Shown here: positions 57,113 to 64,000 of the stretch, piece after piece
How the letters are laid out: the number at the start of each line of letters is the position of its first letter
Numbering within the stretch: the first letter of the stretch is position 1
NCBI GenBank assembly: GCA_963837175.1
Contig: CAWIMJ010000010.1
Location: 28,453 to 92,452, forward strand
Reading direction: 5' to 3'
From: an uncultured Nitrososphaeraceae archaeon
GTDB taxonomy: Archaea > Thermoproteota > Nitrososphaeria > Nitrososphaerales > Nitrososphaeraceae
DNA: 64,000 bases
Notes under the pieces: generated by a model
Database searches by the model: none
What the model was told of the DNA's origin: nothing
Seen by the model: the letters and a program-made list of their open reading frames with translations, nothing else
Position numbers and translations under genes: made by a program

Positions 57113-57567
57113 AGTTATCAGTTAATATACTCATATTAAGAATATGTATATTACTACAACTTAATATCTAAAGTCTATTAATGAGTGGTAGGAAAAAGAA
57201 TAATTTAACGGCATCATCATCACCATCAGCAGCATCTCACAGCAAACACAATTACTAAAAATACTCGAGGACATGCTGCATAACAGAATAGCCAAGAAGA
57301 AGGTAGACATGCATAATTCCACTGAAATAGCAGAGACAGAAAAGATACAGACAGAGTGAAACATTGCTATTTATCAGATACACTAGGAAGATGTGCGTTA
57401 GTTGGCCAGTCAAATCAAATAGATAATTTTTTATTAGTACAAGAGCAATTATAATTATTATTAATAATAACTAGAAAGAAAGAAGAATAATAGGAGTTAA
57501 CAAACACAACAATAGTTAAAGTATAATTGATATCCACTATTCATTGGGTAAATGATGGTGAGAGAGA

Positions 57568-58797
57568 TTATGTAGATGACGAGGAAAGTAACTTCTCAGC
57601 TTGATCTAAATTGCTATTTATTTTATCGATATGTTGTTGCAGCTCTTCTGATGATACTTTATTTTGTATCATCTGTCTAAGCTGTTCCCTTAACATTACT
57701 TCAATATTTTGCATTAAGGATTTATCTTTTTCTGCTAGAAGATTCTCTATATATTCAAAGTTATCAAGATATGCACTTATTGCTAGAGTCTTAGCTTCAT
57801 TGTAGTTCTGTTGTCTATATTCTTGAATTGTTTGATTAAGTATATTTCTTATCTCCGCGATTACTTTTATCTGTTCTACACCAGCTTGGCTGCCAGCGCC
57901 AAGAACTTCTTTACTTATTCCTATTATTCCTGATATTTCATCTATTATTGCTCTAATTGACGTATTGACAACTTCTGGATTTGATTTATTCTGTATAGCA
58001 TTGTTTAGATCATAGAAGGATTCCTTTATCTTTTGAATCTTGTCTGATAATTCTTGAGGTTTCAATGATGATGATAATAATGATGAGCTTTGTTCAAATA
58101 CAGATCGTGCTCTTGAAACAAATCCTTGAGCATCTTGATACTCAACTATTTCTTTTATTGTCCCATTATCTACAGCCTCTTTATATTCACTTCCAGCTAT
58201 TGATAATAAATCTGCTATAACCATTAGATTAAATGCAGTATTATTATTATTTCTGGTCTCAGTTGGAATAACTTTTTCACTTGTTTGGTTTAACAAGCCA
58301 TTTACTATCTGGGCTTGTGTATTAAATCGACCCACTGTAGAATTGCTGGCCATTTGTGAAAGTTGATTCAAATTTGATGAAAGAGTTTGGTTTAAAGTGC
58401 TATTTGCATTAGATAGTTGACCTTCTATACTAGAATATATTTCTTCTATTGGATGTAGTGTGTGTGCTAGAACTAATATATTATTTCCAGCTTGTTTATT
58501 GGATATTGCTTGCTCGAGATGACCTCTAATCTGTTCTATATTGGATACAAAATCTACCAATGTAGTGTTAGAACTTGTTAGGTTAGACGGATTAGTGGTA
58601 TTAGAATCAATAATATCGGCAACAGTTTCATTATTCTCTTCCTGCGCAAATGCCTTATAATCAAACGATGGCAATGTAATATACAATACAAGTAATACAG
58701 TTGCCACTGTAAAAGCAACAACAACTCCAACTATCGTATAGAATGCATCTAGCTTTATGATATTATTTCTTATTCCTTTAGTTGCTTTTGTCATCAT
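57568..58797 (-). CDS. Membrane-anchored multi-helical-bundle protein, putative metal binder
   Basis: EQIRGHL..AHTLHPIEE, EYKEAV..EYQDAQGF, AYLDNFEYIE; start placed at MMTK. Confidence 0.85.
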   Translation of the reverse strand: MMTKATKGIRNNIIKLDAFYTIVGVVVAFTVATVLLVLYITLPSFDYKAFAQEENNETVADIIDSNTTNPSNLTSSNTTLVDFVSNIEQIRGHLEQAISNKQAGNNILVLAHTLHPIEEIYSSIEGQLSNANSTLNQTLSSNLNQLSQMASNSTVGRFNTQAQIVNGLLNQTSEKVIPTETRNNNNTAFNLMVIADLLSIAGSEYKEAVDNGTIKEIVEYQDAQGFVSRARSVFEQSSSLLSSSLKPQELSDKIQKIKESFYDLNNAIQNKSNPEVVNTSIRAIIDEISGIIGISKEVLGAGSQAGVEQIKVIAEIRNILNQTIQEYRQQNYNEAKTLAISAYLDNFEYIENLLAEKDKSLMQNIEVMLREQLRQMIQNKVSSEELQQHIDKINSNLDQAEKLLSSSST

Positions 58798-58838
58798 ATT
58801 AGGCACTGACTGGTGTCGAAGTATTTATTACAATAGAA

Positions 58839-58858
58839 GATTCTCTATTATGAGAATC
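58839..58858. promoter_or_regulatory. Palindrome upstream of the helical-bundle gene
   Basis: GATTCTC-N6-GAGAATC. Confidence 0.5.
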
Positions 58859-59017
58859 AGATAAACACACTACGACAAAATATGTTTTTAAATTAATGAA
58901 TATATGTACATACACAATGTATTTTTCAATAAAATACTGCTAGAGATTTGAAAATCTGCAAACATTTTGATATTATTTACATTTTGCAACCTTATGAATT
59001 AGTCCTAGCGATTATTA

Positions 59018-59347
59018 TCAATTTTTGTGAAACTGCAACAATATACTATCTTTTTTCAAATTAAACTCTAGAGATTTTATCTTACTCTTATAGAAAATCA
59101 CCTTTTTACCCCTATTGTCAATTTCAATTTTTTCTATGGATATTAGGCCAGCGTACTGTAGTCTTCTAATCTTCTTATAAGTAGAGCTTATGGGTATTTT
59201 ATTCTCGTCACATATTTGAAATACTGTTTTTGCTATGTCAATAGTAGATAAAATTATTTTAAAGGTGGTTTCATCCACAATATCTTGCAGTAATGGAATT
59301 GCCACATGACTCTCATTGAAGACAATAATATTATCTCTTGTCATCAT
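59018..59347 (-). CDS. Winged-helix (ArsR-like) transcriptional regulator
   Basis: KTVFQICDENKIPISSTYKKIRRLQYAGLI..GKKVIFYKS. Confidence 0.88.
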   Translation of the reverse strand: MMTRDNIIVFNESHVAIPLLQDIVDETTFKIILSTIDIAKTVFQICDENKIPISSTYKKIRRLQYAGLISIEKIEIDNRGKKVIFYKSKIKSLEFNLKKDSILLQFHKN

Positions 59348-59351
59348 ATAG

Positions 59352-59381
59352 ATTAGGTCTGCCTAATTAGGATGGCCTAAT
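59352..59381. promoter_or_regulatory. Two overlapping ATTAGG-N4-CCTAAT operators
   Basis: ATTAGGTCTGCCTAAT (59352-59367) and ATTAGGATGGCCTAAT (59366-59381), between start codon and TATA-like box. Confidence 0.8.
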
Positions 59382-60141
59382 ATTTAAACAATTTTCTAGA
59401 GTTGTAATAATTGTCTGTACGTAAATCAATAGTTTAATAAAGGCAGAACTGACATGAAAACTAGCTTATAAAGAGGGTTGAATATAAGGCAATTTTTGCT
59501 GTGACACTCTTGATTTTAATAAATTGTTCCGTAGCGCTATATCGCAATTTATTACAAGCCGTGACATCTTTTCAATTCTATGATAGTAGTCTCATCCACT
59601 TCAGAACATGAACCCATATTTAGAAATACGTATTATTCATAAGATAGGAAACAGAATAGTCTATGATTATATAGTGTTAATATATCAATAGTGACATGAT
59701 TACATTGTTGTAAACACCCATCATCTGTTACTTGTTTCTGATGTGTTGATGATACTTATAACTCATAAACATTTTCCTACTAAATCAATATTAAAAAGTA
59801 GTTTTTCTATCATAATGATCAAAAATACCTATCAAAGGAGATTCAGTTACTTTGCCTTATATACATGCAATAATATTTGTCAAACTATTTAGTTAATATT
59901 CTATACTGCCTAACATAATTTCGTATATCTTTTAAAACCAATTAAAATCAAAGCAAGAATAGATGCCATGGTGTAGTGACATTTATGGTAGACTATCTTA
60001 CTGACACTTTTAGTAATGACACAGACCCTACTCCCATCATTTTGGATTATGCTTTTACAGTCCTAGGAATAGATATATGCAACAAGGATATTGCATAGTT
60101 TTTATTACCTCTCTCTAAATTAAGAAGGATAAAGAAAAAAG

Positions 60142-61113
60142 TTGTTAATGTTTAGAGGGTCATTAGTTATCTTGAGTTTGTTAACAATGTTTATTATTCT
60201 TTCGTTAGATACTACCAGCACTATAAACCTACAGGATAAGTTTTTCGAACCTGTTAGTGCTCAGGGTTTCCGTGATGCAAAAAGTGGAATCCAGAATGAA
60301 ACAGCAGAATCTACTACATCAACAGATAGAAGTTTAATTGTAAAACTTTTAGCAGATAATTTAGAAAATAAAATCAATAAATCAGCTGCAATTCTTGAGA
60401 TAACAGGCGAATTGCCACAAGTAAAAAATGTATCTTATGCTAATTCAATTAGTTCTGAATTACATGGAATACCAAAAGATCTTGATATAGCAAAAAGAAA
60501 AGTAGCACAAGACATTTTGGCCTCTGATACAGACCTTCAGATAATATTTTTCCTCATGCCAAATGGTGATATGTATATGGAAGAACCATATTCCCGTCAA
60601 CAGAACTTAACAGGAAACAATTTTGCTTTCAGAGATTACTATAAAGGGGCTGTTAGTACAGGTGACACCTATCTTGGTAATATAGTTATATCTGCCTCTT
60701 CAGGTCTTCCCCAATCTAATATTGCAGTTCCAGTATACTATTCTGACAGCAATAATACTAATAATAATAATGATAATAGAAGCAATAGTAATATGACTTT
60801 GTTGGGTGTATGGTCTGGGGGATTAAATCTGACAGTTTTTAGTGAAGTATTACAATCATTAAATCTAACAAATGGAGAACGAATTGTATATGTAGATCAA
60901 AATGGCCAAAAAGCCGCTGATTCAAATAAACAATCATTTAAAACAAATCAAAATGAATCATTTGCCAATCTGCAAGCCTTCAACAATGTACTACAAGAAC
61001 AAAAACCAGGCTCAGCTATAGAGATGATAAATGGCATTAGAATGCTTGTCTTTTATGAACCTGTACAGTTTCATTCTACTACTTGGGCTGTTTTGTTATT
61101 TAAGCCCTCATAA
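60142..61113 (+). CDS. Stand-alone extracellular double-Cache domain protein
   Basis: FLMPNGDMY..PY, FAFRDYYKG, IAVPVY, YVDQNG, TWAVLL at the very C-terminus. Confidence 0.85.
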   Translation: MLMFRGSLVILSLLTMFIILSLDTTSTINLQDKFFEPVSAQGFRDAKSGIQNETAESTTSTDRSLIVKLLADNLENKINKSAAILEITGELPQVKNVSYANSISSELHGIPKDLDIAKRKVAQDILASDTDLQIIFFLMPNGDMYMEEPYSRQQNLTGNNFAFRDYYKGAVSTGDTYLGNIVISASSGLPQSNIAVPVYYSDSNNTNNNNDNRSNSNMTLLGVWSGGLNLTVFSEVLQSLNLTNGERIVYVDQNGQKAADSNKQSFKTNQNESFANLQAFNNVLQEQKPGSAIEMINGIRMLVFYEPVQFHSTTWAVLLFKPS

Positions 61114-61471
61114 TTTTGTTAATGACAATATTATGATTAATCCCACTGCAATACAAGAACAACAATAGTAGCAAAATATTAATTGCAGAGATTGTTAGAA
61201 AACTTGGTTTGTTGTAAGTAGCATTAAGACTAGAGGATGAGGATTTGAAAAAATATACCCTTCTATCTTTCTTTCTCTAATCCATGGTGGTTATGTCTTA
61301 GCCGTCAATACAACAGTAACCACAACCGCAGGTTTGGTTACCAAATGCCTCACAACTACTCACATGATATTTTTGATTCATATTCATAAATCTACAAAAT
61401 AGATACTAAATACTTGCAAAACAATATCTATGATGAAACAAGACAAAAAATTAGAGAAATGAGTATTTTTA

Positions 61472-61955
61472 TTATGTTGTTGTCGTTGGTGATTTTGCTT
61501 CCGCAACAACTGTATATGTTACTACAAATGGTTCTCCGTTAGTTGTATGAAATGCTAACGCTGTACCTGCAAATGGCAATGAACCTGAGAATATTGGCCT
61601 ATCTGTTTGTTTAGTCATAAGAGTAATAGCAATATTCTGTCCAGGTGCAAATGGATTTGGAGCACTCAATGGTTCTCCCTGTCGTCTGATTTGCTGTTTG
61701 TGGTTTGTTATATGGATGCAATACTACTACATCAACGGGTTTGCTTGCGGTAAATGTAACAACTCCAGCCCAAACCTTACCATCCTGTCTTGGCGGAGCT
61801 ACTAAGACAAGCTGATGGGCTGCATGTCCAGGCACTGGGTCTTGTTTAGAGGCACTAGTATTCTGTACTACTAATGAATCTCCTGCTGTTGTCTGTTGCT
61901 GAGCAAATACTTGGTTTTGTGACAATGTCATAGTAGGAGGAGAAGACATAGTCAT
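61472..61955 (-). pseudogene. Secreted His-motif protein, one frameshift
   Basis: DPVPGHAAHQLVLVAPPRQDGKVW..VVLH, continuing GEPLSAP..GTALAFH after removing one base near 61677-61679. Confidence 0.75.
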
Positions 61956-62340
61956 AGCATCAATTAATAAAATGGTTCCATTTCTTTGTCTTTACAAGGT
62001 ACCTCAGTTTGTCTTTCTCTTCCTTATCTGCAATAATAGGATGACTATCATCGTCACAATTGAGTAAACGGTTATCCTTTTCCTTAAGCCCTAGTAGCAA
62101 TACTCATTGTAATTATAATTATAATTCCTTTATTCAACCTTGAGATTATACAGGCTCTAAACAGCAACATAATTAGACAAGCAGTGGCCTAAGAAAACTT
62201 TTCTACATCACTATCGCCGGCTACAATAAGCAACAGTCAAAACAAAAATAGCGTTGGTACTGGTCAGCTTATGTCTTCACTTGCTAGCAACGATACTACT
62301 AATACTAACCAAACATCAACACAACTGACAAACCAACAAC

Positions 62341-63413
62341 TATACTGAATAACATTAATTCGTAGACCTCATCAGATACTTTACAATATCAAGTTGAATC
62401 TTGTAGTTCTATAGTAACATGAAATTGTATTTTTCAGAACATCAAACAATGGATAATAAATAGAAAGAATATGATACTTACCTTGTCTCCAGCATTCTTC
62501 TACTGCATTAAACTCTGGAGATCCAACAGGAAAATATTCCAATCTGACAGTATCTTTATTTGCAGCAAGAAACTTTCTGGTAGTTTTGGAACAATTAGGA
62601 GTTGCTCTATCTACAAAAATTATAAATTTACCAAATCTTTTCTGTATGTATTTTAGATAATCTACAAATGTATTGCTGTTGAATTTATCGTATTGTTTGA
62701 ATAACTGTTTATCTTCAAGAGATAGACAACCAAATACAATTGTTCTTCTTGTGTGAACCAGTAACTGTTACTATCAGGTCTTTTACCTGCAGAAATCCAT
62801 TTCTTTCTTCTTATTACATAATCATATACAAATATTGATTCATCCTGTACAAGTAAAGTCCAATCCTAATTTAATTATCAAGAATCTGTTTTACTCTTTT
62901 TTGAATTTCTTTTTGTCCTTCATTGAAGCAGTATTTACAAATCTTTTTTGTGGTACTTTAGATTTGAATCCCCATTTGTGTAATAATACGATAGATATGT
63001 ACTTCATGATATCTTACTCCAGTTTTCTTGTAAATAAGATCCATTACCTGTCTGAAATCCCATCCTGTGTTACTGTCTGCTAATTCCTGTTTTATTTTTA
63101 CCATTATCTCTTTTGGTACATCTGGAGGTCTACCACTTCTTTCCTTATCTTTCAATCCATCCAATCCATCTTCATTATATCTCTTGTACCACTTGTAAGC
63201 CCATGCTCTGCATTTATGCAATTCTTTTGCTACATCTTCTATGTGCTTTTTGTCTTCTACTATACGTCTAACAAGCAAGTATTCTTTCTTTTACATCTGC
63301 ATCTTTTTCTCTATTGTATGCTACATCTAGTTTAGATGTTCTCAAATTATTGAATGTCTATATAGATAACAGTGAGCTAAAAATGTATCTACGAATTTTA
63401 GTTAGTCAGTATA
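62341..63413 (-). mobile_element. Degenerate IS630-family element
   Basis: Imperfect TIRs TATACTGAATAACATTAATTCGTAGA and TATACTGACTAACTAAAATTCGTAGA (reverse strand), including TA target; HTH WAYKWYKRY..GLDGLKDKERSGRPP; catalytic fragments QDES and CSP(E)-like. Confidence 0.9.
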
Positions 63414-64000
63414 GATGTTGTATTTGATTTTATAGGAAATATTACTTTATTCATTGTGTTTGTTATTTCTAGAAGAAAAATTATTGATGATTGCAGAATA
63501 TGAGATTTTATCTTATTATTAATTCCTGTAAGCTCGACAAATTCATCTCTACCTTTTCTAAATCACCTGCTTGCAATGATCAAGTGTGAAGATAAAACTA
63601 AAAGATTCACAAATCCAATAGGTTTAGCAGAATGATTTCCTTCTGGTGTAATTGGAATTAAAAGAAAGCAATAGTTCGAAATGTAGACTTTTCTCCAAAA
63701 TTATTATTCAGATTTATAGTCAACATAACTTTGCAGTAGCATCCTTTCTGCTGCTTCATTTGCTTCAATGACTCGCTCTAAAAGATCCTCAAGGCTGCTA
63801 AATTCGTTGATAGCAAAAACGTTTTGAATCTCTTGTACATTAGATGGAGGTTCCCAACCATGTGCTTTTAAGAGTTCGGTAAGCTTTGCACCTCTCCCAA
63901 GCTTTTTTGAGTGGCTTCAAAAGGAAGCTCATCTGTTCTACTAGCCATGAAGAAAAACCTTGAGTACCCTGATAGAGATCCACTCACATGAATTTCGATA

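Noticed and set aside
63690-64000. Partial minus-strand coding sequence at the window edge
   Set aside because: Broken frame and no recognisable motif; cannot be assigned.

Overview
AT-rich archaeal chromosomal window with low coding density. The gene content points to a soil ammonia-oxidising Nitrososphaeraceae (Thaumarchaeota) genome; this is an inference from a 3-hydroxypropionyl-CoA-dehydratase-like crotonase, a PAC2 chaperone, an FxLYD protein, a stand-alone Cache protein and lineage-typical secreted proteins. The window holds scattered housekeeping and stress genes, many pseudogene remnants, and three decayed IS elements with identifiable ends (IS6, IS5/IS903-like, IS630). No rRNA, tRNA or CRISPR array was seen. 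Main observations: (1) a candidate metal regulon marked by a palindrome ATTAGG-N4-CCTAAT, which links two paralogous secreted helical-bundle proteins and a wHTH regulator; (2) a NikR gene next to a ZnuA/TroA-type ABC importer, with a NikR-like operator over its TATA box; (3) unannotated microproteins, including a paralogous pair and a triple-CxxC peptide; (4) two inverted copies of a hairpin-containing, integrase-like leader element; (5) a G-rich 32-bp minisatellite; (6) frameshifts concentrated at GCWGC/GCNGC sites, possibly a methylation-linked basecalling artefact. Family assignments come from motif recognition only; no searches were run.
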